Source of the DNA: an uncultured Azospirillum sp.
GTDB taxonomy: Bacteria; Pseudomonadota; Alphaproteobacteria; RF32; CAG-239
Length of the DNA stretch: 64,000 nucleotides
NCBI GenBank assembly: GCA_900538765.1
Contig: UQAB01000007.1
Location: forward strand, 939 to 64,938
Direction of reading: 5' to 3'
Under the pieces are notes generated by a model. It saw only the letters and a list, made by a program, of their open reading frames with translations, was not told where the DNA came from and made no database searches. How positions within the stretch are numbered: position 1 is the stretch's first letter; every line of letters begins with the position of its first letter. A program made the position numbers and the translations under genes. Below, piece after piece: positions 54,272 through 64,000 of the stretch.

Positions 54272-55081
54272 ATGAATATTAACTTTAATTTTTTATTGAT
54301 AGGGACAAGCCTGTCCTTAATTCCAAACTTAACCCGAGCTCAATGCGCGGTTACCGATTGTCAGCAACTGGGTTACACTTCTCTTCAAAAATGCGACAAT
54401 GGCTTAAAATGCCCGTTCGGCGAATATTGGGCTTGTCCAAAAGTTGAAGAAAAAGCTGTTTTAGGTGAATGTACCGGCTATGCCAAAAACTGTAAAATCG
54501 GTGATATCCTTAACAGCGATGGTACTTGTTCCTCAGATAAAATCAGTGGTAAGACACCGATAGGTGTTGTGGTTTATATTGGCGGAGATAACTGCGGTCA
54601 GGCTTTATCGTTGAAAGATTTGGGGGGTATGTATTGGTCAACAGAATATATTGATATTTCGGGGCTACCAAATTATACAAGTGTTTCAGCATTAGAGCAA
54701 GATTTTAACAGTTGCGACAATACACAGAAGATTATTAAACAGGGAACTTCTGGTATTTATCAAGCTGCTTGGGCCACAGTCAATTATGTGCCGAATTCGG
54801 CACCCGTAACAAAGAGTAAATGGTGCCTTCCAGCAGTGGGTGTTGCTCGGTCAATGATGAATAATTATGATAAAATTAATTCCGGATTGTCAAAAGCCGG
54901 AGGCGAATTATTGCCGGAACCGATTGTTCATAACTATTGGTATTGGTCGTCGTCCGAGTATAGTAACAACTACGCGTGGGTCTTCTGTACGAATAATGGC
55001 GCTGATTGGGGCGGCGTGAACGACTACAGTAAGGACTACAACAGTACCAGCAACGTCGTTCGCCCGGTGCTGGCTTTTTAG
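54272..55081 (+). CDS. Secreted Cys-rich / DUF1566-like (Lcl C-terminal-like) protein, intact paralogue
   Basis: 269 aa. Signal peptide, QCAVTDCQQLGYTSLQKCDNGLKCPFGEYWAC module, and a C-terminal WCLPA...YWSSSE...VRPVLAF pattern typical of DUF1566. Confidence 0.75.
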   Translation: MNINFNFLLIGTSLSLIPNLTRAQCAVTDCQQLGYTSLQKCDNGLKCPFGEYWACPKVEEKAVLGECTGYAKNCKIGDILNSDGTCSSDKISGKTPIGVVVYIGGDNCGQALSLKDLGGMYWSTEYIDISGLPNYTSVSALEQDFNSCDNTQKIIKQGTSGIYQAAWATVNYVPNSAPVTKSKWCLPAVGVARSMMNNYDKINSGLSKAGGELLPEPIVHNYWYWSSSEYSNNYAWVFCTNNGADWGGVNDYSKDYNSTSNVVRPVLAF

Positions 55082-55204
55082 TTTTTACCCCAACGGCGTA
55101 CAAGGTGCACGCTGTGCTTTTCCTTACACATGGAACGCTCTACGACGAAGTTTCCACAACACCCCATGAGGCAGTACTAGCTTTTAATATTATCCCCTAT
55201 ACCC

Positions 55205-55232
55205 AAAGAGAGCTTTTCAGCTCTCTTTTTTT
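55205..55232. terminator. Bidirectional terminator between the DUF1566-like gene (+) and ftsI (-)
   Basis: AAAGAGAGC-ttttca-GCTCTCTTT plus T-run. Confidence 0.8.
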
Positions 55233-55233
55233 A

Positions 55234-56976
55234 CTATCTTTCGTAACAGGCCTCAATAATGCGGTTGCGGCGCATTTCGTCAAGGTCGTAATTAGCCTTG
55301 ATATTAAGCTGCGGCGCAATGGTTGCGATAATTTTTCCCGCGGTGGGCACTGTATTCCAGCCGGAAGTAACAAAACCCCATGTTTCTTTCAAGGCTTTAG
55401 GCTCATCCATCATCAGCATTAATGTATATTGCGGGTTTGAGGCCGGAAAAGTGCCGATAAACGTTGTCATGACTTTTTTATCAATATAACGGCCGTTAAC
55501 CAGCTTATTGGCGGTTCCTGTCTTTCCGGCGACTTCATAGCCGAGAACATTAGCCCTTTTGCCGGAACCTTCAACAACCACGCCGCGCAGCAACTGGCGC
55601 ATTTCCTTTGAGGTTTTTAGGGACATGACCCTGCGCCCCTCAACCGGTGAGTCATGCAACAGAACGCTGGGTGTATGATAAACGCCGCCGTTAACAACCG
55701 CGGAAAAGGCTGTTGCCAGATGCAGGGGCGTAACGGAAATGCCGTAACCATAGGCTACGGTTGCCGTCGTTTCTTCTCCCCAGCGGCGCGGCAACATGGG
55801 AGCGGCTTTTTCGGCGACTTCAAAATCGTCAATCGGAGAAAGCAACCCTAATCCCTTCAGAAAATTCTGCTGCTTTTCTTTGCCGACTTTCAGGGCAATC
55901 TGTGCAGAACCGATATTAGAAGAATAAATCAGAATTTCCTGCAAATCCAGCCAACGGTTTTCTCCGCGATAATCCTTAATGACGTTATAACGCAGTTTAA
56001 GCGGTTTGGTTGCGTCAAAACGGTCGCTAAGTTTAATATGCCCCTTTTCCAACCCCAATGCGGCATTGAAAACTTTAAGAACGGATCCTGGTTCATACAA
56101 GCCTTTGGTTGCAAAATTAAATGTAGCCCGGTCAGAAACTTTGATTTTCCGGTTGGGGTCAAAATCCGGCAGCGAAACCATGGCAATAACTTCTGATGTT
56201 TTGGCGTCCATCAAAATAGCGGTGCCGCCGAGCGCATTAAACTTATCAATACCGGCTTGAAGCTCTTGGCGTATGGAATCCTGAATTCCGACATCAATAG
56301 ACAGTCTAACCGGAATGTCCGATTCTCTTAACCGTTCATCTAACTGTTTTTCAATACCTGAAATACCGACGTTATCAATATTTGTAGAACCGATAAGATG
56401 GGCAAAAAGATTTTTATGCGGATAGATTCTTTTTTCACTGTCTTCAAATTCCAGCCCCGGAATGCCAAGCGCATTAATTTGATACTGCTGTGACGGCGAG
56501 AGATTACGTTTAATATATACAAAAGAACCGCGTTTATTGAGTTTTGTCAGAATATCTTCATATCGGATGTCAGGTAAAATTCTGGCGAGTTGAACGGCTG
56601 CTTTTTGCGGGTTCAGGATTTTTTTCGGGTTGGCAAACAAATGAACCGTCGGCAGGGAAGTTGCGATAATCGTGCCGTTTCGGTCGATAATGTCGGCTCT
56701 TTTAATCGGGCTGGCAGGGAGGGCATAAAAACTGTCGGCATCGGCGACGGTAACTGCCGGACGGTCAAAACTGATACAAATGTTAAACAGGCGGACGGCT
56801 AAAACGCCAAAAACAAGCATAAACATGAGAATGGCAAATGTTACTCTGTTTTTGCATGTGGAAAGGGGATCTTTCTCACATGTATAATTCATAAAAGAGA
56901 AACTTTTGCCGATTTTTATTTCTTCACCCGGAAGATAAAAACTTTCTTCTTTTCTGGAAAAATATTTCCCCAACAT
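55234..56976 (-). CDS. ftsI: Peptidoglycan D,D-transpeptidase FtsI (PBP3)
   Basis: 580 aa. N-terminal TM, SVLK (SxxK), SSN and KTGT motifs. Follows ftsL. Confidence 0.9.
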   Translation of the reverse strand: MLGKYFSRKEESFYLPGEEIKIGKSFSFMNYTCEKDPLSTCKNRVTFAILMFMLVFGVLAVRLFNICISFDRPAVTVADADSFYALPASPIKRADIIDRNGTIIATSLPTVHLFANPKKILNPQKAAVQLARILPDIRYEDILTKLNKRGSFVYIKRNLSPSQQYQINALGIPGLEFEDSEKRIYPHKNLFAHLIGSTNIDNVGISGIEKQLDERLRESDIPVRLSIDVGIQDSIRQELQAGIDKFNALGGTAILMDAKTSEVIAMVSLPDFDPNRKIKVSDRATFNFATKGLYEPGSVLKVFNAALGLEKGHIKLSDRFDATKPLKLRYNVIKDYRGENRWLDLQEILIYSSNIGSAQIALKVGKEKQQNFLKGLGLLSPIDDFEVAEKAAPMLPRRWGEETTATVAYGYGISVTPLHLATAFSAVVNGGVYHTPSVLLHDSPVEGRRVMSLKTSKEMRQLLRGVVVEGSGKRANVLGYEVAGKTGTANKLVNGRYIDKKVMTTFIGTFPASNPQYTLMLMMDEPKALKETWGFVTSGWNTVPTAGKIIATIAPQLNIKANYDLDEMRRNRIIEACYER

Positions 56977-56997
56977 ATTCCGCTTCTGCCCTGCATA

Positions 56998-57381
56998 TTA
57001 ATGCTGAGCGCGGACCATCTTCTTTAGTCTGTTCTGCTCAGCCTGAGTGTTGATATTCTTCTGGGCGATTAATCTTCTGTTAGATTCGTCCGCCTCATAG
57101 TCAAATGGTAACGCAGAATAGTTAATAATTTGTTCAGCTTGAACCGGATTTAAAGAAATATGTTTTGAGGCCAGTTTTCTCAGGCGGGACGGGGAGTTGA
57201 GGTGGCTCCACTCTGCGTTGAGGACATGAATTGTCTTCACGTCATCCTGGATATTTCTGTTGATTTGCGCTAATTCTTTTTCCAGGGTTTGTACTTTGTT
57301 TTTCATAACAAACATACCGCACCCGACCAGGCAGGTTAAGGTAATCCATAAACTCAAAGTAGCTGTTTTCGTGCTGTTCAT
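56998..57381 (-). CDS. ftsL: Cell division protein FtsL (alphaproteobacterial type)
   Basis: 127 aa. Single TM plus coiled coil, positioned between rsmH and ftsI. Confidence 0.75.
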   Translation of the reverse strand: MNSTKTATLSLWITLTCLVGCGMFVMKNKVQTLEKELAQINRNIQDDVKTIHVLNAEWSHLNSPSRLRKLASKHISLNPVQAEQIINYSALPFDYEADESNRRLIAQKNINTQAEQNRLKKMVRAQH

Positions 57382-57399
57382 CGACTTTATCCTTTCTGG

Positions 57400-58317
57400 T
57401 TAACGCTTCACCGCCACACGGAGCTTTGCTGACCGTGAACGGGGATTGCGGATGATTTCTTCTTCTGTTGGTGCAATGGCTTTGGAACACTCCGCCAGCA
57501 GAGCGTCGCTGTTTTGGGGAAGTTCCGGCATATATCTGGAAACGGCACGCTTTTTTCCCGAATTTTCGTTGAAAAAGGTTTTGACAATCCGGTCTTCCAG
57601 AGAATGAAATGTAACAACAATCAGACGTCCGCCGCTTTTGAGTTTTTCCGCTGCGCCGGACAAACCGCTTTCCAGCTCGCCGAGCTCGTTGTTCACGGCA
57701 ATGCGCAGTGCCTGAAATGTCCGTGTTGCCGGATCAATGCTGTTTGGCGTTTTGTGGATAACAGTATAAATAATTTCGGCCAGTTCCTTGGTCGTTTCAA
57801 TCGGTTTACTTTTTCGGTATTCGGCAATTCTGGCGGCAATTTGCCGGGATTTTCTTTCTTCGCCGTATTTGTAAATCAGGTCGGCAAGTTCTCTTTCCGG
57901 TAGGGTGTTAACCAAATCGGCGGCAGTTTTTCCGGTACAGGACATCCGCATATCCAGCGGAGCGTCTTTGGAAAAAGAGAAGCCGCGTTCGCTTTGGTCA
58001 AGCTGCATGGAAGAAACGCCGATATCAAAAACGGCACCGTCGACGACTTCCGGAATAAGGTCGGCAAAATCGCCGAACTGTCCGGCTCTGAATTCAAACC
58101 TGTTGCCGTAAAGCGCTTGCAGTTCTTCCGCTCTGGCTTTGACGTTAGGATCTCTGTCGATGGCAATCACACGGCAGCTGGCGGCTTTCAAAATAGCTTC
58201 GCTGTATCCGCCGTTGCCGAAAGTGGCGTCTACATATAAACCACCGTCCCGGGGAGCCAGATTCTCCAGTACTTCTTTTAACATGACTGGAATATGTTTT
58301 TGCTTAACATCAGTCAT
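57400..58317 (-). CDS. rsmH: 16S rRNA (cytosine1402-N4)-methyltransferase RsmH
   Basis: 305 aa. HIPVMLKEVLENL, DATFGNGGYS, DLGVSS-like DIGVSS. Confidence 0.95.
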   Translation of the reverse strand: MTDVKQKHIPVMLKEVLENLAPRDGGLYVDATFGNGGYSEAILKAASCRVIAIDRDPNVKARAEELQALYGNRFEFRAGQFGDFADLIPEVVDGAVFDIGVSSMQLDQSERGFSFSKDAPLDMRMSCTGKTAADLVNTLPERELADLIYKYGEERKSRQIAARIAEYRKSKPIETTKELAEIIYTVIHKTPNSIDPATRTFQALRIAVNNELGELESGLSGAAEKLKSGGRLIVVTFHSLEDRIVKTFFNENSGKKRAVSRYMPELPQNSDALLAECSKAIAPTEEEIIRNPRSRSAKLRVAVKR

Positions 58318-58808
58318 TGTCCGGCCTCCGCAGTCTTATTCAATGTCGGCCGCTTTTTCATAACTTCCGCACGAATGCGGGCTTCTTCTTTTTCCCAGTT
58401 CTCGGGATTCCAAATTTGAAATTTACGGCCTTTGCCGACAAAAACGGCAGTATCGGTAATGCCGGCGTGCTTCATCAGCTTTTCCGACAGATTGATTCTG
58501 CCTGTGGAATCAAAGGGAAAACGCTTGGCGTCGCCAAAGATAAGATTGGTCAAATCGTCTTGTTCCTGAGAGAAAAAATCCATGGAGTTTTCCATGTCGG
58601 CGGCCAGCTTGTCAAGCAGGTCTTCCGTGCAACCTTCAATGCAGGGAGCTGTCAAACTGCGGTAACAAACGATTTCGGTTGATAATTCTTTAAGAATTGC
58701 GCGGTAATCTGAAGGAAGGGAAACGCGTCCTTTAGCGTCTACCTTGTTGATGATGGTGTCGATAAAGAGAAAATTTTTTCTCAAATCCATACTTCCTTCA
58801 TAAATCAT
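58314..58808 (-). CDS. mraZ: Transcriptional regulator MraZ
   Basis: Two DAKGR(V/I)-type SpoVT/AbrB repeats (VDAKGRVSLP, DSTGRINLS). True start may be the MDLRK Met at 58790. Confidence 0.9.
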   Translation of the reverse strand: MIYEGSMDLRKNFLFIDTIINKVDAKGRVSLPSDYRAILKELSTEIVCYRSLTAPCIEGCTEDLLDKLAADMENSMDFFSQEQDDLTNLIFGDAKRFPFDSTGRINLSEKLMKHAGITDTAVFVGKGRKFQIWNPENWEKEEARIRAEVMKKRPTLNKTAEAGQ

Positions 58809-58822
58809 TAACCTTATGTCTA

Positions 58823-58857
58823 TGGTATAACATGGGATTTTATGGGAATCAATGGGA
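58823..58857. promoter_or_regulatory. MraZ-box array: TGG(G/T)A repeats at exact 10-bp spacing upstream of mraZ
   Basis: TGGTA at 58823 and TGGGA at 58833, 58843 and 58853 (plus-strand reading), 15-50 nt upstream of mraZ. E. coli MraZ binds TGGGN direct repeats with 10-bp periodicity. Confidence 0.6.
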
Positions 58858-59125
58858 AATTTTAGGATTTTATTAACTGTTCAAGGTTTGTTCTGTGCTC
58901 GTGTTCGGCGATTCTCTCAAAGCCTGCGCTGACTCTTGCTTGGCGAAAAATAAAAAACTGAGGATAAAAATGTAGTTTTTTTAACAGCTTTTTAAAAACT
59001 TCATGATACCAGCCCCGCTCTGCCGCGACTCGGGAAAATATTCCCGTTTGCTTTGCGTTATAAATAATCCTCCGGGAAGATGAAACCTCTTGCAAAAATA
59101 AAGCGATGCGTATAAACTCATTCAA

Positions 59126-59523
59126 CAGGTGGCCGGATAGCTGCGCCGCGGAAAGGAAAATCCGTTGGTGAGGAAAGTCCGGGCTTCAAGGGAACAAGAC
59201 ACCAGATAACGTCTGGCTGGAGAAATCCAAGGGAAAGTGCCGCAGAAAATTACCGCCGGAATGTTTTCCGGTAAGGTTGAAAAGGTGAGGTAAGAGCTTA
59301 CCGCGCAGGCAGCAATGTCTGTGGTCAAGGTAAACCCTGTCTGAAGCAAGACCAAGTTAGGAGAGCTTCTTTTTTTAGAAGTTATAGGGAGAGTTCCTAA
59401 TCCGCTCCAGAGGTAGGTCGCGTTGAGCTGCTTAGCGATAATCAGCCTAGATGAATAGCTATCGCTTCTGCTTTTGCTTTGGCAAAACTACTGAAGCACA
59501 GAACCCGGCTTATAGGCCGCCTG
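59126..59523 (+). ncRNA. rnpB: RNase P RNA, bacterial type A
   Basis: Universal blocks GAGGAAAGTCCGGGCT (about 59162) and ACAGAACCCGGCTTA (about 59498). P1 pairing CAGGTGGCC (59126-59134) with GGCCGCCTG (59515-59523). The minus-strand ORFs over it are artefacts. Confidence 0.92.
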
Positions 59524-59547
59524 AAGTTTTTTTAGAGGATATGTACA

Positions 59548-60396
59548 ATGCAGAAAACACTGAAAAATCCCGTTGAATTAAAAGGTATCGGCCTGCATTC
59601 CGGATGTGATGTCACGTTGACAATCCGGCCTGCGCCGGAAAACAGCGGTATTGTCTTCAAGCGTGTCGATTTGCCGGAAAAGCCGGAAGTCCGGGCGCTG
59701 TACACAAATGTTAAGGATACGCAGAACTGTACCTGCATTGCGGCGGAAAACGGCGCCGTCGTTTCGACCATTGAACATATCATGGCTGCTCTTTCTGCTT
59801 GCGGCATAACCAATGCGCTGATAGAGGTCAACAATCAGGAAACGCCGATTATGGACGGCAGCGGCAAAGTTTTCTACGATGCGCTGAAAAATGCTGAAAT
59901 CGTGGAACAGCAAGCGCCGGAAAAAATCTTAAAGGTAATGAAGGAAGTTTCCTTTGTTGACGGCAAAGGCAATAAAGTGACATTGTCGCCGGCAGATGAT
60001 TTCTATATTGATTTTGAAATTGATTTCCCTTCAAAAATCGTCGGACATCAGACATTCAGCAACAAAATAACGCCTGATATTTTTGAAAATGAAATTGCCC
60101 CCTGCCGCACTTTCTGCGAGAAGTACCAAGTGGACTATCTGCAGTCAATCGGGTTGATAAAAGGCGGCAGCCTTGACAATGCTGTTGTCCTTGACGGTGA
60201 AACGATTCTCAATCCCGGCGGTTTTCGCGTTGAAAATGAATGCGTCAATCACAAAGTTCTTGATGCCGTCGGTGATTTATATACTTCAGGATACCGTATG
60301 CAGGGGCACTTAAATGCCGTTAAAACCGGTCACTATCACAACAATGAACTGTTGAAAATTTTGTTCTCTGATAAATCTAATTATAAATTGATATAG
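59548..60396 (+). CDS. lpxC: UDP-3-O-acyl-GlcNAc deacetylase
   Basis: 282 aa. MQKTLKNPVELKGIGLHSG, TIEHIMAAL, HKVLDAVGDL. Confidence 0.95.
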   Translation: MQKTLKNPVELKGIGLHSGCDVTLTIRPAPENSGIVFKRVDLPEKPEVRALYTNVKDTQNCTCIAAENGAVVSTIEHIMAALSACGITNALIEVNNQETPIMDGSGKVFYDALKNAEIVEQQAPEKILKVMKEVSFVDGKGNKVTLSPADDFYIDFEIDFPSKIVGHQTFSNKITPDIFENEIAPCRTFCEKYQVDYLQSIGLIKGGSLDNAVVLDGETILNPGGFRVENECVNHKVLDAVGDLYTSGYRMQGHLNAVKTGHYHNNELLKILFSDKSNYKLI

Positions 60397-60397
60397 G

Positions 60398-61153
60398 TTG
60401 AAAATAATGAAAAAAACATCACTTGTTTTAGGTATGTTTGTCGCGCTGGGATTATTGTCCGGCTGCTCGTCGACAAAAGAAACCATTGAAAATCCGACTG
60501 CCGAACAGGTTTATAATCAGGCTTATGAACTGCTGGAGCGCACCTCATATAAAAAAGCGGCCGAAACATTTGAAAAAGTCGAAATGGAGCACCCTTATTC
60601 CAAGTGGGCGACACAGGCAAAAATCATGAGTGCTTACGCTTATTACAAAGACAAGGATTATGACAGCGCCATTATCAATATTGACCGGTTCATTAAATTT
60701 CACCCCGGCAATAAAGATATCGCTTATGCCTACTATTTGAAAGCTCTGTGTTATTATGACCAAATTGCGCCGGTTGAAAAGGATCAAAGCAACAGCGAAC
60801 GCGCGCTGGAAGCTTTCCGCCAGGTTGTCATCCGTTTCCCGAATACCGAATATGCCAAAGATGCCGAGTTCAAAATGGCGTTGGCCAGCGACCATCTGGC
60901 CGGGCATGAAATGGAAATCGGCCGTTATTACCTGTCGCAGGAAAACTACCTTTCTGCATTGAACCGTTTTTCCGGTGTCGTGAATAATTATCAGACCACA
61001 ACCCATATTGAAGAAGCCCTGTATCGCCAGACCGAAATTTATACCATCATCGGCTTGCCGGACGAAGCACAGCTTTCGGCAAAAGTCTTACAGCATAACT
61101 ATCCCAAGAGCAAATGGTCCGCGCGTGCTCAAAGGCTGGTAAAGGAAAAATAG
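60398..61153 (+). CDS. bamD: Outer membrane protein assembly factor BamD
   Basis: 251 aa. Lipobox LLSGC, TPR-like repeats, and synteny after lpxC. Confidence 0.9.
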   Translation: MKIMKKTSLVLGMFVALGLLSGCSSTKETIENPTAEQVYNQAYELLERTSYKKAAETFEKVEMEHPYSKWATQAKIMSAYAYYKDKDYDSAIINIDRFIKFHPGNKDIAYAYYLKALCYYDQIAPVEKDQSNSERALEAFRQVVIRFPNTEYAKDAEFKMALASDHLAGHEMEIGRYYLSQENYLSALNRFSGVVNNYQTTTHIEEALYRQTEIYTIIGLPDEAQLSAKVLQHNYPKSKWSARAQRLVKEK

Positions 61154-61160
61154 GCAAAAG

Positions 61161-62825
61161 ATGCTCACGGCGCTGTCAATAAATAATGTTGTATTGATTG
61201 ATAAACTGGACTTGGAATTCAAGTCCGGTTTAAGCGTCCTGACCGGCGAAACCGGCGCAGGAAAGTCCATCCTGCTCGATTCTCTCGGCTTGGTCTTGGG
61301 GAACCGGGCGGAAGCGTCAATGATACGGCAGGGGGCTGATAAACTCAGCGTTTCGGCAGTTTTTGAGCTCTCTGCGGAAAATAAGGAATTAGCTGTACTG
61401 CTTGACGAATATGAAATCGAAACATCGGACGAACTGCTGATTAAAAGGACGCTGAACCGTGATGGCAAAGGCAAAATTTTCATTAACGACCAGCCGGTCG
61501 GTGCCAGGCTTCTGAAAGAAATCGGCAGATATCTGGTGGAAATTCACGGGCAGTTTGACAATCAGGGCTTGCTCAATCCGGCCAACCACCGGGATGTTCT
61601 TGATGCGTTCGGCAATTATAAAACGACGGCGGAAGAAGTCAAAAAATGCTGGCAAGCCTATAAACAGGCGGAAAAAGCCAGAAAAGAAGCCGAAGAAAAT
61701 ATCGCCCGCGCCAAAAGCGATGAAGAAGACCTCCGCCACTGGATTGGCGAGCTGGAAAAATTGAATACCTTTGCCGGGGAAGAAGAAGCCCTGTCACAAA
61801 AACGCCTGGAATTGATGAATGCTGAAAAATTGTTAGACAGTCTTAATTATGCTTATGCATCATTGAATGGAAATTTTGATATTATTGCCGCCGTTCGTCA
61901 GGCACAGGCGGCAATGGACAAGGCCAATCAGGTTGTTGACGGCAAGTATGACGATATTATCAATATGCTGGAACAAACGCTGATAAATGCCGAGGAGGCG
62001 GTAAACGAAATTGAAGCCGCCAGCCGGAACATCAGCTTGAATCAAAATGAGCTTGATAGTGTGGAAGAGCGTATTTTTACCCTGCGCTCCGTTGCACGCA
62101 AACATCAGGTAAATGTGGATGAATTGCCTGAAGTTCTGGAAAAATTCCGGCAGCAGTTAAACGCAATAGAACTGGGCGAAGACGGTATCCGCCAACTGCG
62201 CCAGGCCGAGGAACGCGCCAAACTTTCGTATGTCGAAGCCGCTAATGAACTGAGCGGCAAACGCAAAGCCGCGGCACTGATTCTAGACAGTCGGGTTATG
62301 GCTGAACTGACGCCGCTCAAAATGGAAAAAGCCCGTTTTGTAACGCAGGTTGAAAAGCTTGAGGCAGACGGTTGGTCCGAACATGGCATTGACAGCATTT
62401 CTTTTACGGTATCAACCAACCCCAACTCACCGCAAGGGCCGCTGAACAAAATTGCTTCCGGCGGAGAGCTGGCACGTTTTATGTTGGCGTTAAAAGTTAA
62501 TTTGGCGCAAAGTTCAAGCGTTTCGGCGATGATATTTGACGAGGTAGATGCCGGTGTCGGCGGCGCGACGGCTAAAGCTGTCGGCGAACGTCTGGCGCGT
62601 CTGGCGAAAGATGTCCAGGTTCTGGTTGTTACGCACTCTCCGCAGGTAGCCGCCAGCGGCAATCATCATTATAAAGTCGAGAAGACGACATCTGATAATG
62701 TAACGACAACCTTCGTCCGCGAGTTGAACGGCAATGAACGTCAGGAAGAAATCGCCCGGATGCTTGCCGGCGAAACCATTACCGATGAAGCCCGCGCTGC
62801 TGCCAAAGTCCTCCTGACTGCTTGA
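61161..62825 (+). CDS. recN: DNA repair protein RecN
   Basis: 554 aa. Walker A GETGAGKS, long coiled coil, ASGGELARFMLALK signature. Confidence 0.95.
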   Translation: MLTALSINNVVLIDKLDLEFKSGLSVLTGETGAGKSILLDSLGLVLGNRAEASMIRQGADKLSVSAVFELSAENKELAVLLDEYEIETSDELLIKRTLNRDGKGKIFINDQPVGARLLKEIGRYLVEIHGQFDNQGLLNPANHRDVLDAFGNYKTTAEEVKKCWQAYKQAEKARKEAEENIARAKSDEEDLRHWIGELEKLNTFAGEEEALSQKRLELMNAEKLLDSLNYAYASLNGNFDIIAAVRQAQAAMDKANQVVDGKYDDIINMLEQTLINAEEAVNEIEAASRNISLNQNELDSVEERIFTLRSVARKHQVNVDELPEVLEKFRQQLNAIELGEDGIRQLRQAEERAKLSYVEAANELSGKRKAAALILDSRVMAELTPLKMEKARFVTQVEKLEADGWSEHGIDSISFTVSTNPNSPQGPLNKIASGGELARFMLALKVNLAQSSSVSAMIFDEVDAGVGGATAKAVGERLARLAKDVQVLVVTHSPQVAASGNHHYKVEKTTSDNVTTTFVRELNGNERQEEIARMLAGETITDEARAAAKVLLTA

Positions 62826-62945
62826 TTTTGCCTTGCAAGTTTAGATTTTTCCGGCAGATAACTCTCAAAAAACCTCTTGTTAAAAACAAAAAATACAGCT
62901 ATTCTCATCCCAGATTTCAAATTGTATGTTAAAGGATTGAAAACA

Positions 62946-64000
62946 TGACTGTAAGAACCAGATTTGCGCCGAGCCCGACCGGTTATATGCACATCGGCAA
63001 CCTGCGCACGGCATTGTATGAATACCTGATTGCCAAGGCAGATGCTGACGGAACGTTTATTCTGCGTATTGAAGACACGGATCAGAAACGTTATGTTGAA
63101 GGGGCGACGGATATTATTTATGCCACATTGAAGCGCGTCGGCATGAATTGGGATGAAGGTCCCGATATCGGCGGCGCTTATGGGCCGTATGTACAGTCTG
63201 AGCGCAAACCTTTATATGCGGAATACGCTCACAAGTTGGTTGAACTTGGCGGCGCGCATTATTGCTTTTGTTCCAAACAGGATGTGGATGAAGAAAAAGA
63301 CGAAGAGCAGAACATCAAATTTGAAGACCCTTGCAAACGCCTTTCTTTGGATGAAGCTAAAAAGCGCGTTGCCGCCGGTGAACCTTATGTTATTCGCCAG
63401 ACAATCAGTAAAAAGGGCAAATCAAAATATCATGACGAGGTTTATGGCGATATTGAAATTGATTATGATGAACTGGATGAAGGTGTTTTGCTGAAATCAG
63501 ACGGTTTTCCGACTTATAACTTTGCCAATGTCGTTGATGACCATCTGATGAACATTACCCATGTTGTCCGCGGCAATGAATATATTTCATCCACGCCGAA
63601 ATATAACTTGATTTATGAATCTTTCGGCTGGACGCCGCCGCATTATGTTCATGTGCCGCCGGTTATGAAAGACGCGCAGCACAAGCTGAGCAAGCGCAAC
63701 GGTGACGCCTCTTTTCAGGACTTGGTCGCCAAAGGCTATCTGCCGGAAGCGATTATCAATTATATTGCGCTGCTGGGCTGGAACCCGGGGAATGATGAAG
63801 AAATCTTTACCCTGGACGAACTGAAAAAAATCTTTACGGTTGAACGCCTGAACCGTTCTCCGGCCATTTTTGACATTGTCAAGCTGACTTGGATGAACGG
63901 CCAGTATATCCGCAAACTCAGTGACGAAGAATTTGCCGCTTTGGCAATGCCTTATATTGAAAAAGTACTGAGCCGCAAGGTCGATGTTGCTACGCTTTGT
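62946..64000 (+). CDS. gltX: Glutamyl-tRNA synthetase, N-terminal ~351 codons (runs off the window end)
   Basis: Not in the track because there is no stop. Manual translation gives [28 protein letters not shown]... (HIGH-type HIGN); a KLSKR motif follows later. Confidence 0.9.

Noticed and set aside
54940-55081. The C-terminal 45 aa of the DUF1566-like protein (YWSSSEYSNNYAWVFCTNNGADWGGVNDYSKDYNSTSNVVRPVLAF) is Asn/Tyr-rich and differs from its paralogue (17936-18070) almost everywhere except the WSSSE and VRPV anchors. This resembles a diversity-generating retroelement variable region in a C-type-lectin-like fold.
   Set aside because: The window contains no reverse transcriptase ORF, no template repeat matching this segment on either strand, and no IMH-like repeat after the stop. 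The two copies are equal in length and differ at all base types rather than only at adenine-templated positions. Ordinary paralogue divergence explains the pattern. A TR/RT elsewhere in the genome cannot be excluded.
58862-59355. Two minus-strand ORFs (87 and 77 aa) between mraZ and lpxC.
   Set aside because: The second lies on RNase P RNA, which has its universal conserved blocks and P1 pairing. The first occupies the mraZ upstream region with no coding signal.

Overview
64-kb chromosomal segment from a low-GC, flagellated, probably anaerobic Alphaproteobacteria-like bacterium. The lineage call is inferred from FlbT, FliX, DUF1013, DUF4164-ZapA, Caulobacter/Rhodospirillales-style flagellins, HydF/HydG and a Bat aerotolerance operon. 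Core genes: batD-batB/C-batA-DUF4381, tyrS, anmK, type-2 ileS, alr, tatD, tcdA, hydF, hydG, an ABC-F ATPase, flbT plus four flagellin paralogues, ymdB, a 6S RNA candidate next to zapA, efp, suhB-like, rpmE, fliX, dksA, maf, rng, yacG, ftsI-ftsL-rsmH-mraZ, RNase P RNA, lpxC-bamD-recN and gltX. No transposase, integrase, CRISPR array, tRNA or rRNA was seen. Accessory patches hold the most interesting signals. (1) A ~290-nt structured RNA leader occurs twice (16791-17078, 53966-54271), each time upstream of a secreted Cys-rich/DUF1566-like paralogue; eight base pairs covary between the copies and I cannot assign it to a known RNA class. (2) A family of secreted cysteine-rich proteins shares a C-x2-LGY...CPF module; one member is frameshifted. 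(3) Three tandem paralogous genes of unknown function (5380-9211) each have their own promoter and terminator, and copies 2 and 3 also carry a near-perfect palindrome. (4) An Ile-rich 15-codon leader ORF overlaps a terminator-like hairpin upstream of ileS. (5) The flagellin genes are mosaics with swapped central cassettes, and a conserved TTAACCA box sits upstream of three flagellins and flbT. (6) Two adjacent K/E-rich internal-repeat proteins have no recognisable function. All calls come from reading the sequence and the ORF track; no database search was run.
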